Positions 1 through 10,633 are shown, numbered from the stretch's first letter. The stretch: 64,000 nt of DNA from an uncultured Porphyromonadaceae bacterium (GCA_947175495.1 CAMWNB010000006.1:10304-74303), one strand, 5' to 3'. Program-made: numbers and translations. The notes: generated by a model from the letters alone, not told the origin.

Positions 1-1182
1 GGAGAAGATGCCGTTGCGCACACTGTCCACGGCGAAGTAGGCGCTCACCTGCGACTCGTCGAAGTCATACTTTTTCTGGCGCACCTTCTCGGCATAGTAA
101 TAATAGTCGTAGGGCGCGATGGTCACGCCCTTGCCTTCGGCGTCGGCGATTGCCTGCATCTCGGCCACTTCTTCCTTCACCTTGGCAACGGCAGGCTTCC
201 AGATGCGGCGCAGCAGGTTCTCGGCGGCCTCGACGCTGCCGGCCATCACATTGTTTGTCATGTACTCGCCGAAGTTGGGGAAGCCCAGAAGGGCGGCCTT
301 GCGGGCGCGTGCCTGAAGGATTTTGTTGATTACGGGCAGGTTGTTGTTCTCGCCCTCGGTGGCCTGCGTGGTGTAGCCTTCATAGATCTGCTTGCGCAGG
401 TCGCGGTTGTCGGCAAACTGCAGCACGGGCAGGCGGCTGGGTGCATGAAGAGTGAATACCCATTTGCCCTTGAGGCCGCGTTTCTCGGCTTCCTCGGCGG
501 CCACGGCCACGGTGCTCGCGGGCAGGCCGGCCAGGTCTTCCTTGTTGTCAACGGTCACGGAGAAAGCGTTGTTCGCGTTGAGAAGATTGCGGTTGAACTG
601 CAGGTAGAGGTCGGCGAGTTCGGCATTTACGGCCTTCAGCGAGTCCTTGGCCTCGGCCGGGAGCAGAGCGCCGTTGCGGGTGAAATCTTTGTACATGTGT
701 TCCACTGCCAGGAGCTGGTCGGAGGCCAGGCCGAGGCTGTCGCGGCGGTCGTAGAGCGACTTCACGCGGGCGAAGAGCTTGTCGTTCATCATCATCTCGT
801 CGGCGTGGGCCTGGTACATGGGATAGAACTTCTCGGCAATCTCCATCATTTCGGGCGAGGAGTTGCTCTCTTCAAGAGCGGCGAACACGGCCACCACGCG
901 GTCGAGGATGGCTCCCGAGCGGTCGAGCGCCAGGATGGTGTTGTCGAAGGTGGGGGTGGAGTCGTTGTCAGTAATGGCCTTGATTTCCTCGTTGTGCTGT
1001 TCTATGCCGGCCTCGAGGGCGGGCAGATAGTCATCGTAGGCGATCTGGTCGAACGGGGGGATTTCATACGGAGTGGTGTACTCCGCGAGGAACGGGTTCT
1101 CGTGCATTTTCTGTTTGTTGCAGCCTGTGGCGCCGACGACCAGAGCCGCGGCGACGAGGGCGGATGTTACACTGTGTTTCAT
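1..1182 (-). CDS. dcp: M3 family peptidyl-dipeptidase (Dcp-like), lipoprotein; 3' end outside the window
   Basis: Hand translation from ATG at 1182: MKHSVTSALVAAALVVGATGC-NKQKMHENPFLAEYTTPYEIPPFDQI...PTFDNTILALDRSG, the typical Dcp/M3 N-terminus. Absent from the ORF track because there is no stop in the window. Confidence 0.85.
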   Translation of the reverse strand, partial: MKHSVTSALVAAALVVGATGCNKQKMHENPFLAEYTTPYEIPPFDQIAYDDYLPALEAGIEQHNEEIKAITDNDSTPTFDNTILALDRSGAILDRVVAVFAALEESNSSPEMMEIAEKFYPMYQAHADEMMMNDKLFARVKSLYDRRDSLGLASDQLLAVEHMYKDFTRNGALLPAEAKDSLKAVNAELADLYLQFNRNLLNANNAFSVTVDNKEDLAGLPASTVAVAAEEAEKRGLKGKWVFTLHAPSRLPVLQFADNRDLRKQIYEGYTTQATEGENNNLPVINKILQARARKAALLGFPNFGEYMTNNVMAGSVEAAENLLRRIWKPAVAKVKEEVAEMQAIADAEGKGVTIAPYDYYYYAEKVRQKKYDFDESQVSAYFAVDSVRNGIFS

Positions 1183-1197
1183 TATTATATATTTGTA

Positions 1198-2340
1198 TTA
1201 CTGATGATGAATTTCGTCTGAGGCGGAGTCCCACACAAACGTGGTCAGCAGCGGGTAGTGGTCGGAGTAGGGCACTCGGAAGCGCTCTATGTCGACAGGA
1301 CGCAGAGCGCCGCGCCACAGCACATGGTCTATGCGGAAATAGAAGCGGTTGTCGTTGTAGGTCCACGTTGGGCCGAAAGCCACCTCTGGCCACACCTCGC
1401 GCAGCCCGGCGTCGGCAAGCGTGCGCAGCGTGTAGCAGCCGGGCACGTCGTTGAAATCGCCGCACACCACCACGTTCTCCCCGCCGTAGTACTCGACATA
1501 GCGTGCCAGCATCTGCGCCTGTCGCGCCCGCCGCATGGCCGCAAGTTCAAGCTTGTAGAGCAGGGTATTGCGCAGCTCGTGGATGTCCTCGTCGGGGCGC
1601 AGGCGGGTGAGCCCGCGGTAGGCGGCCTTATCGTCTTCGGTGAGGCTGTAGCTCTGCAGGTGCACGTTGAAGAGCGCGAGGCGCCGGCCTTCTACCTCTA
1701 CCACATAGGCTCCGACGTCGCAATAGTTGCCGCGCTCGCGCGATTTCACGTCGAGATGGATGGGAGTGACTGGGAATTTCGACATTATGGCCACCGCATA
1801 GCCGGATAGCACGATGTAAGGGTATCGGGCGTGCAGACTGTCGAGCTGCGCCTGCCATATGTGGCGGGCGGGCTGCTGCTCGAACAGCTGCATCTCCTGG
1901 ATGCACACGATGTCCGCATCGGTGCGCAGGATGAAGCTGAGGCCCGGGTTGGTGTCGTCGGGATAGCTGCCGGTGCGGTCGGTGAAGTTGTAGGCGTTGT
2001 AGGTGAGCAGGGTGAACACTCGCTCGGCAGGCGTTCCGTTGGGGATACCTCCGCCTATGTTGAGCGGGCAGGTGTCCCGCACCATCGGCCATGCGGCGGC
2101 GATAGCCGCGACGGCCACGAGCGCCGTGCGCCGCCACCATATGAGGTCAAGCACGAGCACGACAGCCAGAGCCGCCAGCCATATGGGGAAACTGAGCACC
2201 ACCACGCCGAAGACAGGACGCTCCACGGGCGAGACACATCCGGCATAGGCTGTGACAATCAAGGCTGCGGCAAGCAAGGTGTTGAGCAGCAGCCAGAATG
2301 CGTTGGCGATGCGCCGCCATGGCGAGAGATGCTTGCTCAT
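1198..2340 (-). CDS. Endonuclease/exonuclease/phosphatase family protein, membrane-anchored
   Basis: N-terminal TM helices; motifs TYN, DIVCIQE, NVHL, VCGDFND, RIDHV, SDHYP. Confidence 0.9.
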   Translation of the reverse strand: MSKHLSPWRRIANAFWLLLNTLLAAALIVTAYAGCVSPVERPVFGVVVLSFPIWLAALAVVLVLDLIWWRRTALVAVAAIAAAWPMVRDTCPLNIGGGIPNGTPAERVFTLLTYNAYNFTDRTGSYPDDTNPGLSFILRTDADIVCIQEMQLFEQQPARHIWQAQLDSLHARYPYIVLSGYAVAIMSKFPVTPIHLDVKSRERGNYCDVGAYVVEVEGRRLALFNVHLQSYSLTEDDKAAYRGLTRLRPDEDIHELRNTLLYKLELAAMRRARQAQMLARYVEYYGGENVVVCGDFNDVPGCYTLRTLADAGLREVWPEVAFGPTWTYNDNRFYFRIDHVLWRGALRPVDIERFRVPYSDHYPLLTTFVWDSASDEIHHQ

Positions 2341-3113
2341 CGTTTCACTTTATGGGATAGTTCGAACAGGCGCTGCTTGTCGCGCCGCGACAGGGCTTCG
2401 TAGCCCGAGAGTTTCACCTTGTCGAGCAGGGCGTCAAGTTCGTCGCGCATGTCGGCTTTAGCAGACGAGCTGCGCCGGCGGTGCAGCAGCAAGCGCCCGT
2501 AGTGGGCCACGGCGCCGTAAGCGGCACCGCCGGCGTGGGCTGCCGTGGCGGCCGCGCTGCCGGTGAAGCCAATGCAGAAGATTGCCACCATCGCAGCCAC
2601 CACCCACTTGAGGCGCACGGCGCCGATGAGCCAGAAATGCAGCTCCATGTCGGGCATCTCGAAAGCCACGGCCACAGCCACGGCCAGCACAGCGGCCGAA
2701 GCGCCCAGCAGCGGGCCGGCGCTCACACCCGGCGCCAGCGAGCAGGCGCAGAGAAAGACGATGCCGCCGGCCACCCCTCCGCCCGCATACACAGCCGCAA
2801 GCCTGCGGCCCGCACGCCCTCCGCCGCGCATCATCAGCGCGCCGAAGCAGTAGAGCCACAACATGTTGAACACCAGATGCATCGCGTCCGTGTGCACCAC
2901 CATGTAGGTGAGCAGCGTCCACGGCATGTGCATCAGCCCGTCCACGCTGGGAGGCAACGCAAGCAACACAGCCACACGGCTTGCACCGCACAGCGCGCAC
3001 ACAGCCATGCCGACGAACACCACGGCGTTGACGGCTATGATGGCATAGAGCGCGTTGCCGCGCAGCGCCTGCACGAATGCGGCCGCGCGGGTGTCAGAAG
3101 AACCAGTGGCCAT
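2337..3113 (-). CDS. Rhomboid intramembrane serine protease
   Basis: HLVFNM, GASAA and AHAGG motifs; multiple TM helices; start uncertain. Confidence 0.88.
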   Translation of the reverse strand: MATGSSDTRAAAFVQALRGNALYAIIAVNAVVFVGMAVCALCGASRVAVLLALPPSVDGLMHMPWTLLTYMVVHTDAMHLVFNMLWLYCFGALMMRGGGRAGRRLAAVYAGGGVAGGIVFLCACSLAPGVSAGPLLGASAAVLAVAVAVAFEMPDMELHFWLIGAVRLKWVVAAMVAIFCIGFTGSAAATAAHAGGAAYGAVAHYGRLLLHRRRSSSAKADMRDELDALLDKVKLSGYEALSRRDKQRLFELSHKVKR

Positions 3114-3843
3114 TGAACGTTCCTTTTTTCTTCCAGTAGAGTATCATGACGAGGCCCACGAGCATGCCGCCGAGGTGGGCGAAATGCGCCACATTGTCGG
3201 CCACGCCGCCGATGCCGTAGAAAAGCTCGAGCGCGCCGTAGCCCACGACGAGCCATTTGGCCTTGACAGGCACAGGGATGAACCATATGTAGACAGGCTG
3301 GTTGGGAAACAGCATGCCGAAAGCGAGCAGCACGCCGTAGATAGCGCCCGACGCGCCCACAAGCGGCGTGTTCACAAGAGCGTTCAGCGTAGCCGCCGTG
3401 GGATCGGAGAATGTCAGACCGCGCTGCATGAGGCTCCAGCCCTGCTCGATGATGTCGCCCGCGAGAGCCGGAGGAAACATGCCCGCGTATTTGCTCACGA
3501 AGATAGCGCTGACGCCCATCTGGATGAGGCCCGCGCCCACGCCGCACGCAAGATAGTAGAACAGGAAACGCTGCGAGCCGAGCGCGCGCTCGATGATGCC
3601 GCCGAACATGAGCAGGGCGAACATGTTGAAGAACAGATGAGTGAAGCCGCCGTGCAGAAACAGGTAGCTGACGAGCTGGAAAGGCATATAGCCCGGCGAC
3701 GAGAAATAATACATCGCACACCAGCGGGTGAGCGCATGATCAATGCCGGGCACCAGAGCCATAAGAGCCCACACAAGAATGCATATGCCGGCGATATTTT
3801 TAGTTACAGGCGGAATACGCTGCAAAAATCCCGAAAGATTCAT
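3094..3843 (-). CDS. Rhomboid intramembrane serine protease
   Basis: HLFFNM, GASGAI and AHLGG motifs. Confidence 0.92.
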   Translation of the reverse strand: MNLSGFLQRIPPVTKNIAGICILVWALMALVPGIDHALTRWCAMYYFSSPGYMPFQLVSYLFLHGGFTHLFFNMFALLMFGGIIERALGSQRFLFYYLACGVGAGLIQMGVSAIFVSKYAGMFPPALAGDIIEQGWSLMQRGLTFSDPTAATLNALVNTPLVGASGAIYGVLLAFGMLFPNQPVYIWFIPVPVKAKWLVVGYGALELFYGIGGVADNVAHFAHLGGMLVGLVMILYWKKKGTFNGHWFF

Positions 3844-4023
3844 ATGTTGAATATATTTCTGATTTGTTCCGCAAAATTACGAAAAATAGCGCTAAGGCCA
3901 GCCCGAAAACGCTCTTGCAAGAAGAAAAATAAATTTTTTGTGATTTTTTTAACAAAAATATACGGAATGTTCAGTTTTATGACTATATTTGCGCAAAATA
4001 TTTCCAAACTTAATTTCAACGTT

Positions 4024-4296
4024 ATGAACAAGACTGAGCTTATCAACGCCATCGCCGAAAAGGCCAATCTGACAAAGGCACAGGCAAAGGCCGCCCTCGA
4101 TGCTACCACCGCCGCTATCGCCGACGCACTCGCAGCCAACGACAAAGTGGCTCTCGTGGGCTTCGGCACTTTCGCAGTAAGCGAAAAAGGCGAGCGCACG
4201 GGCATCAACCCCCGCACCAAGGAGACCATCACCATCGCCGCACGCAAGACCGTGAAATTCAAAGCCGGCAGCGAACTCAACGAAGCTGTGAAATAA
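4024..4296 (+). CDS. hup: HU DNA-binding protein
   Basis: MNKTELINAIAEKA...LVGFGTF...GINPRTKETITIA...VKFKAGSEL; ATG at 4024 inside the long track ORF 3055..4296. Confidence 0.95.
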   Translation: MNKTELINAIAEKANLTKAQAKAALDATTAAIADALAANDKVALVGFGTFAVSEKGERTGINPRTKETITIAARKTVKFKAGSELNEAVK

Positions 4297-4314
4297 ACCG
4301 CCGCACTTCCGCAA

Positions 4315-4357
4315 AAAAGCGGCCGGAGCCTGCACCCGCAGCGCTCCGGCCGCTTTT
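4315..4357 (+). terminator. Intrinsic terminator after hup
   Basis: AAAAGCGGCCGGAGC-13 nt-GCTCCGGCCGCTTTT, a perfect 15-bp stem. Confidence 0.85.
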
Positions 4358-4526
4358 GCATTCATATCGCCGGGAATCCCCGTCTGCTCCCCGATTCGGT
4401 TAAAGAACTTAAAAATGGTTGATAGCTAATTAAACAATATTAAAAAACGTATTTTGGTGTGATATTTTGGAGTTTTTTTCGCAAATTTGCCGAAAGAAAA
4501 CACAATAGTTGCAATCATCACACAAT

Positions 4527-5930
4527 ATGTTCCGTAAGTTTTTATTTGCTGCCTGCTTGGGTGCGGCTGCGGTCGCTTCCGCTCAGGCCCCGCTCACTCT
4601 CGACCAGTGCATAGCCGTGGCGCTGAGCGACAACCCCACAGTGCGCGTGGCCGACATGGAAATCCGACGTGTCGACTATTCGCGCGGAGAAACCCTCTCG
4701 CAGCTTCTGCCCCAGGTCAACTTTGGCGCAAACTACTCGCGCATGCTCGCCAAGCAGGTCATGTATATGAACATGGACGGCTTCGGCGGCAGCACGCCCG
4801 GCTCCGGCGACACCTCCGGCGAGCCCGACGCCGACGAGAGCAAGAGCCGCACGCCTAACGGCATCAAGATGGGCCTCGACAACAGCTATCAGATAGGCTT
4901 CTCCGCATCCGTGCCCCTCATCGCCCCGCAGCTGTGGAAATCAATGAAACTCAGCGACAGCCAGATACTCCAGTCCGTCGAGCAGGCCCGGGCCTCCCGC
5001 CTCGACCTCGTCAATCAGGTCAAGGACGCATACTACGCTCTTATGCTCGCCAAGGACTCGCGCGACGTCGTGCAGGAAAGCTACGACATGGCAGCCCTCA
5101 CCCACGAGATATACAAGAAACAACATGCCGCCGGAGCCGCCTCCGACTACGACGTGCTGCGCACATCCGTAGCCATGAAAAACATCGAGCCCGAACTCCT
5201 CCAGGCCGACATCGCCGTCAAGCAGGCGCGCCTGCAGCTGCTGGTGCTCATGGGAGCCGAGGCCGACTTCCCCCTCGAAATCAGCGGCAGGCTCAGCGAC
5301 TACGAGAGCACCATGTTCGACGAAGCCATGCTCCTCGACGACGACTACTCGCAGAACACATCCCTCGTGCAGAACGCCCTGCAGACGCGCATGCTCCGCG
5401 ACGCACTCGACGTGCAGCGCATGGCATGGCTTCCCACACTCTCCGCAAGCATCAACTACTACTGGAACAGCAACAGCAACGGCTCACCCTTCAAGAACTT
5501 CCGCTGGAGCAACTCCTCCACCTTCGGACTCTCGCTCTCGATGCCCGTTTTCACCGGCGGAGCCCGCCTCAGCCGCCAGCGACAGGCCAAAGTGCAGCTG
5601 CTCGAGAACGAGCTGCAGCGCGAGCACATCGAACACACCGTAAGCATGCAGGTCGACCTCGCCATCGACAACGTCCGCCGCAACGTCCGCCAGATTTCCT
5701 CAAGCGCCGAGAGCGTAGCCGAAGCCACACGGGCCCACGACATCATGGAACAGTCCTTTGCCATAGGCGCCGCCAGCTACCTCGACCTGCGCGACAGCGA
5801 GCTGGCCCTCACCCGCTCGCGCCTCGCCTACTATCAGAGCATCTACAACTACCTCGTGGCCAACAGCCAGCTCGAGCTGCTGCGAGGCACAGCTCCACTC
5901 TCCACCTATCAGAACATAATAAAACAATAA
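4527..5930 (+). CDS. TolC family outer-membrane efflux protein
   Basis: Signal peptide; LTLDQCIAVALSDNP; QLLPQV; GAASYLDLRDSELAL; first gene of the tripartite pump operon. Confidence 0.92.
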   Translation: MFRKFLFAACLGAAAVASAQAPLTLDQCIAVALSDNPTVRVADMEIRRVDYSRGETLSQLLPQVNFGANYSRMLAKQVMYMNMDGFGGSTPGSGDTSGEPDADESKSRTPNGIKMGLDNSYQIGFSASVPLIAPQLWKSMKLSDSQILQSVEQARASRLDLVNQVKDAYYALMLAKDSRDVVQESYDMAALTHEIYKKQHAAGAASDYDVLRTSVAMKNIEPELLQADIAVKQARLQLLVLMGAEADFPLEISGRLSDYESTMFDEAMLLDDDYSQNTSLVQNALQTRMLRDALDVQRMAWLPTLSASINYYWNSNSNGSPFKNFRWSNSSTFGLSLSMPVFTGGARLSRQRQAKVQLLENELQREHIEHTVSMQVDLAIDNVRRNVRQISSSAESVAEATRAHDIMEQSFAIGAASYLDLRDSELALTRSRLAYYQSIYNYLVANSQLELLRGTAPLSTYQNIIKQ

Positions 5931-5945
5931 GCCCGCAACCATATC

Positions 5946-6980
5946 ATGTCCCGCTCATCATCCCTTACACGATTCACATCCTGCGCCATCGCAGCCCTGG
6001 CACTCGCCGCCTGCGGCAACTCCGACGCCGACAAGGCCCCCGACACGGTCGAAGAACTCCCCGTTGTCGAAATCGACTTCGCCCGCAGCCAAGACGTGCC
6101 GCAGCAGAAAGAATACACAGCCAACGTCGAGGCCTACAACGTCAACAACATCTCACCCTCGGCGCCAAACCGCATCAAGACCATCGCAGTAGAAGTGGGC
6201 GACCCCGTGCGCCGCGGCCAGACACTCGTCACACTCGACCCCGCCAACACCGACCAGCTCAAAATCAACCTCGACCAGATTGAGCGAGAGTACAACCGCG
6301 CGCTCCGCCTCCTCGAAATAGGCGGAGGCACGCAGCAGAGCGTCGACCAGCTCAAAGCCCAGTTCGACGCCGCCCGCACACAGTACGCCAACGCCATGGA
6401 GAACACCATCCTCACATCCCCCGTCAGCGGCGTCGTCACAGCCCGCAACTACGACCCTGGCGACATGACCGCCTCCATGCCCGTGCTCACCGTCGGCCAG
6501 CTCTCGCCGGTCGTCAAGGTGATAATCAACGCCACCGAGAGCGACCTCACCAAAATCACCCGCGGCAAGCAGGTCAGCATCACATTCGACGCAATCCCCG
6601 ACGAAACCTTCGCCGGCACCGTCGCACGCGTCTACCCCTCCGTCGACCCCGCCACACGCACCTTTGAGGCCGAGATACAGATAAAGAACCCCGGCGAGCG
6701 GCTCCGCCCCGGCATGTTCGCACGCGTGGAAATCGACCACGGCGCCATCAACCGCGTCGTAGTCCCCGACCGCGCCGTCGTCAAGCAGACCGGCAGCGGC
6801 AACCGCTACGTCTACGTCCTCCACGGCGACCGCGTCAGCTACAACCGCGTGGAGCTGGGACGGCGCATCGCCGACACCTATGAGATCCTCAGCGGAGTCA
6901 GCGACGGCGACACCGTCATTGTAGCCGGGCAGAGCCGCCTCGCCGACGGCATCCCCGTAGAGATCCTTTCACGCAACTGA
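5946..6980 (+). CDS. RND efflux periplasmic adaptor (MFP), lipoprotein
   Basis: Lipobox LAAC; VEVGDPVRRGQTL, SPVSGVV, VDPATRTF, LRPGMFARV. Confidence 0.93.
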   Translation: MSRSSSLTRFTSCAIAALALAACGNSDADKAPDTVEELPVVEIDFARSQDVPQQKEYTANVEAYNVNNISPSAPNRIKTIAVEVGDPVRRGQTLVTLDPANTDQLKINLDQIEREYNRALRLLEIGGGTQQSVDQLKAQFDAARTQYANAMENTILTSPVSGVVTARNYDPGDMTASMPVLTVGQLSPVVKVIINATESDLTKITRGKQVSITFDAIPDETFAGTVARVYPSVDPATRTFEAEIQIKNPGERLRPGMFARVEIDHGAINRVVVPDRAVVKQTGSGNRYVYVLHGDRVSYNRVELGRRIADTYEILSGVSDGDTVIVAGQSRLADGIPVEILSRN

Positions 6981-7002
6981 TAACCCCGCAAGCCCTCAAC
7001 AC

Positions 7003-10000
7003 ATGAGTCTATATGGCAACGCCGTGCGACGGCCCATCATGACCACACTCTGCTTCGTGGCCGTGGTGATTCTCGGACTGTTCTCGCTCAACACCCTCCC
7101 CATCGACCTCTACCCCGACGTAGAGACCAACACGCTGATGGTAATGACAAGCTACCAGGGCGCCAGCGCGCAGGACATCGAGCAGAACGTCACCCGCCCC
7201 CTCGAAAACGTGCTCAACTCCGTCAACGACCTCAAGCACATCACATCCAAGAGCCGCGAAGGCATCTCCGTCATCACCCTCGAGTTCGAGTACGGCAAAG
7301 ACATCGACGTCCTCACCAACGACGTCCGCGACAAACTCGACCTCGTCTCATCATCGCTCCCCGACGACGCCGAGAACCCCACCATCTTCAAGTTCTCCTC
7401 CGACATGATTCCCATTGTCATGCTCTCCGTGCGCGCATCCGAGAGCATGCCCGGACTCTACAAGATACTCGACGACGCCGTCGCCAACCCCCTCGCGCGC
7501 ATCAACGGCGTCGGCTCAGTCAGCATCTCCGGCGCGCCAAAGCGAGAAATACACATCTACGCCGACCCCGCGCGCCTCGAAGCATACGGACTCTCCGTCG
7601 AGCAGATAGCATCCGTCGTCGCCGCCGAAAACCGCAACATCCCCGGAGGATCCTTCGACATCGGCTCCGACACCTATTCGCTCCGCGTACAGGGCGAATT
7701 CACCGGAGCCGACCAGATGGCAAGCATCGTCGTCGGATCCCGCGAAGGCCGCAACATCTACCTCAGCGACGTCGCACGCATCGACGACTCCCTCGAAGAG
7801 CGAGCCCAGCAGACCTACAACGACGGCGAGAAAGGCGCGATGATCATCATCCAGAAACAGAGCGGAGCCAACTCCGTCGAAATCTCCAACAAGGTGCTCC
7901 GCATGCTCCCCTCCATCCAGAAGCGCCTCCCCTCCGACGTCCGCCTCGGCATCATCGTCGACACTTCCGACAACATCCGCAACACCATCGCCTCGCTCGT
8001 CGAGACCGTGCTCTACGCCCTCCTCTTCGTCGTGATCGTCGTATTCTTCTTCCTCGGACGATGGCGCGCCACACTCATCATCACCATCACCATCCCCATC
8101 TCCCTGATAGCCTCATTCATCTACCTGGCCGTCACAGGCAACTCCCTCAACATCGTCTCCCTCTCGGCCCTGTCCATCTCCATCGGCATGGTTGTCGACG
8201 ACGCCATCGTCGTGCTCGAAAACGTCACCACCCACATCGAGCGCGGATCCGACCCCCGCCAGGCAGCCGTCCACGGCACCAACGAAGTGGCCATCAGCGT
8301 CGTGGCATCCACCCTCACCCTCATCGCCGTATTCTTCCCCCTGACACTCGTCACCGGCATGACAGGCGTCCTCTTCCGCCAGCTCGGATGGATGGTCACC
8401 ATCATGATGATCATCTCCACCGTCTGCGCCCTCTCGCTCACACCCATGCTCTGCAGTCTCCTGCTGCGCCGCAACAACCGTCACGGACGCCTCTACACCC
8501 TCCTCTTCACACCCGTCAACCGAGCCCTCGACGCCTTCGACCGCTCCTACGGACGTCTCCTCCACTGGGTCGTATCCCACAAGCTCGTCACAGGCATCAT
8601 CTGCATGGCCATCTTCTTCGGCTCCCTCGGCCTGCTGCGACGCGTCGGCACCGAATTCTTCCCCATGGCCGACGACGGCCGCCTCAGCGTCAACCTCGAG
8701 CTCCCCATCGGAGCGCGCGTCGAAGTCGCCCAGGAACTCACCGCCAGGCTCGTGCGCGAATGGCGCGAGAAATACCCCGAAATCACCGTCATCAACTACA
8801 CCACCGGCTCCGCCGACAGCGACAACACATTCGCATCCCTCCGCGACAACGGCCCCCACATCATATCAATGAACATACGCCTCTCCGACCCCGGCGACCG
8901 CGACCGCGGCATCGCCGAGATCGCAGCAGCCATGCGCCGCGACCTCCGCGAATATCCGCAGTACAAGAAAGCGCAGGTACAGGTCGGCGGAGGCATGGGC
9001 ATGTCCGGACAGGCAGGCATCGACTACGAAATCTACGGCTACGACTTCGAACTCACCGACACCGTCGCACAGCGCCTCAAAGCCATGCTCGAAGCCATAC
9101 CAGGCACAGCCGACGTCTACATCTCGCGCTCCGACTATCAGCCCGAGTACCAGGTCGACTTCGACCGGGAGAAACTCGCCATCTACGGCCTCAACCTGCA
9201 GACCGCAGCCACCTACCTGCGCAACCGCATCAACGGTGCCACCGCATCGCGATTCCGCGAAGACGGCGAAGAATACGACATCAAAGTCATGTACGACCCC
9301 GCCCACCGCACATCCATCGAGGACATCGAAAACATACTCATCTACAACTCCGCCGGCAAAGGCGTCCGCCTCAGCGACGTAGGCACAGTCGTCGAACGCT
9401 CCACACCCCCCACCATCGAGCGCAAGGACCGCGAGCGCATCGTCACCGTCAAAGCCACCGTCCAGGACGTCCCCATGAGCCAAGTAGTCGAAGCATCACA
9501 GCGCCTGATCGACAAGATGGACATCCCCCAGGGAGTCACCATCTCCCTCAGCGGCAGCTACGAAGACCAGCAGGACTCATTCACCGACCTGCTCACCCTC
9601 GCCGTCCTCATCATCATACTCGTCTACATCGTCATGGCGGCACAGTTCGAGAGCTACACCTATCCCGCCATCATCATGACATCCCTCCTCTTCGCCTTCT
9701 CCGGCGTCTTCATCATCCTCTGGCTCACAGGCCACACCCTCAACGTCATGAGCATGATCGGAGCCATCATGCTCATCGGCATCGTCGTCAAAAACGGCAT
9801 CGTGCTCATCGACTACATCACCCTCAACCGCGAACGCGGAATGAGCATACGCCGAGCCGTAATCCTCGGCGGCGAATCACGCCTCCGCCCCGTCGTCATG
9901 ACCACCCTCACCACCATCCTCGGCATGGTGCCAATGGCCGTCGGCACAGGCCAGGGAGCCGAGACATGGCGCCCCATGGGCACCGCCGTCATCGGAGGCC

Positions 10001-10125
10001 TCACATTCTCAACCATCCTCACCCTCCTTTTCGTGCCGATGCTCTACTGCGTCTTCGCCTACAACGGCGTCCGCAACCGCCGCAAGAAACTACGCAAGTC
10101 GCTTCAAAAAACCGCAGAAAAATGA
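7003..10125 (+). CDS. RND efflux permease (AcrB/MdtC family)
   Basis: 1040 aa; LPIDLYP, GMVVDDAIVVLENV, GIVVKNGIVLID, RLRPVVMTTLTT. Confidence 0.95.
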   Translation: MSLYGNAVRRPIMTTLCFVAVVILGLFSLNTLPIDLYPDVETNTLMVMTSYQGASAQDIEQNVTRPLENVLNSVNDLKHITSKSREGISVITLEFEYGKDIDVLTNDVRDKLDLVSSSLPDDAENPTIFKFSSDMIPIVMLSVRASESMPGLYKILDDAVANPLARINGVGSVSISGAPKREIHIYADPARLEAYGLSVEQIASVVAAENRNIPGGSFDIGSDTYSLRVQGEFTGADQMASIVVGSREGRNIYLSDVARIDDSLEERAQQTYNDGEKGAMIIIQKQSGANSVEISNKVLRMLPSIQKRLPSDVRLGIIVDTSDNIRNTIASLVETVLYALLFVVIVVFFFLGRWRATLIITITIPISLIASFIYLAVTGNSLNIVSLSALSISIGMVVDDAIVVLENVTTHIERGSDPRQAAVHGTNEVAISVVASTLTLIAVFFPLTLVTGMTGVLFRQLGWMVTIMMIISTVCALSLTPMLCSLLLRRNNRHGRLYTLLFTPVNRALDAFDRSYGRLLHWVVSHKLVTGIICMAIFFGSLGLLRRVGTEFFPMADDGRLSVNLELPIGARVEVAQELTARLVREWREKYPEITVINYTTGSADSDNTFASLRDNGPHIISMNIRLSDPGDRDRGIAEIAAAMRRDLREYPQYKKAQVQVGGGMGMSGQAGIDYEIYGYDFELTDTVAQRLKAMLEAIPGTADVYISRSDYQPEYQVDFDREKLAIYGLNLQTAATYLRNRINGATASRFREDGEEYDIKVMYDPAHRTSIEDIENILIYNSAGKGVRLSDVGTVVERSTPPTIERKDRERIVTVKATVQDVPMSQVVEASQRLIDKMDIPQGVTISLSGSYEDQQDSFTDLLTLAVLIIILVYIVMAAQFESYTYPAIIMTSLLFAFSGVFIILWLTGHTLNVMSMIGAIMLIGIVVKNGIVLIDYITLNRERGMSIRRAVILGGESRLRPVVMTTLTTILGMVPMAVGTGQGAETWRPMGTAVIGGLTFSTILTLLFVPMLYCVFAYNGVRNRRKKLRKSLQKTAEK

Positions 10126-10415
10126 AAACCATATTCATAGCCTTCGACCAGGCCCATCGCGAGCGCATCATCGACATCCTCGACCGCAGCAGCTGTCGCG
10201 GCTTCACATCCTTCGGCACCGTCCAAGGCCGCGGCACCGTCGACGGAGAGCCGCACTACGGCTCCCACGCATGGCCATCCATGGCCTCCGCCATCCTCAC
10301 AGTCGTCCCCGACGAACGCGTCGCCCCCCTCCTCGACCGCCTCCGCGCCCTCGACGCCGAGAGCCCCCGCCTCGGCCTCCGCGCCTTCGTCTGGTCCGTC
10401 GAGCAATCCATCTGA
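10122..10415 (+). CDS. P-II-like transporter-associated protein (PG0541-type)
   Basis: ATGA overlap with the RND stop; MKTIFIAFDQ...GFT...VQGRG...GEPHYGSHAWP, 97 aa, GlnB-like pattern. Confidence 0.8.
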   Translation: MKTIFIAFDQAHRERIIDILDRSSCRGFTSFGTVQGRGTVDGEPHYGSHAWPSMASAILTVVPDERVAPLLDRLRALDAESPRLGLRAFVWSVEQSI

Positions 10416-10425
10416 CCCCGCCCCA

Positions 10426-10494
10426 AAACGGCCGCATAGCGGCCACACAATGCAGCGGCCAGTGGAGCGGCGACGTCCACGTCTCCGAATCCCC
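10426..10494. repeat. Single unit of a palindromic intergenic repeat family
   Basis: GGCCGCATAGCGGCC hairpin plus CGGCGACGTCCACGTCTCCG hairpin; homologous to units at 12778, 12978, 15325 and 15526. Confidence 0.85.
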
Positions 10495-10578
10495 CGTTCT
10501 CCACACCTGTTAGCTTGTTTTAGAAACGCAATCTTAACTGTTAAAATGATACATTTTCATAAATAATTCCAATAAATT

Positions 10579-10610
10579 GTTGCATATTAAAACTATTTAA
10601 CCTACCTTTG
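10579..10610 (+). promoter_or_regulatory. Bacteroidetes housekeeping promoter for OMP copy 1
   Basis: GTTG-20 nt-TACCTTTG (consensus TTTG-N19-21-TAnnTTTG); repeated at 13140-13171. Confidence 0.65.
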
Positions 10611-10633
10611 TCAAAAATCAATACTTTTTGACT

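Noticed and set aside
2337-3843. Tandem rhomboids as a novelty
   Set aside because: A common Bacteroidetes arrangement with the EEP and HU genes.
3055-4023. Long N-terminal extension on HU in the ORF track
   Set aside because: Antisense to the rhomboid genes; the real HU starts at 4024.
8061-10121. 784-aa ORF overlapping the RND gene
   Set aside because: Only the last 97 aa (from ATG 10122) are protein-like; the rest is a shadow frame.
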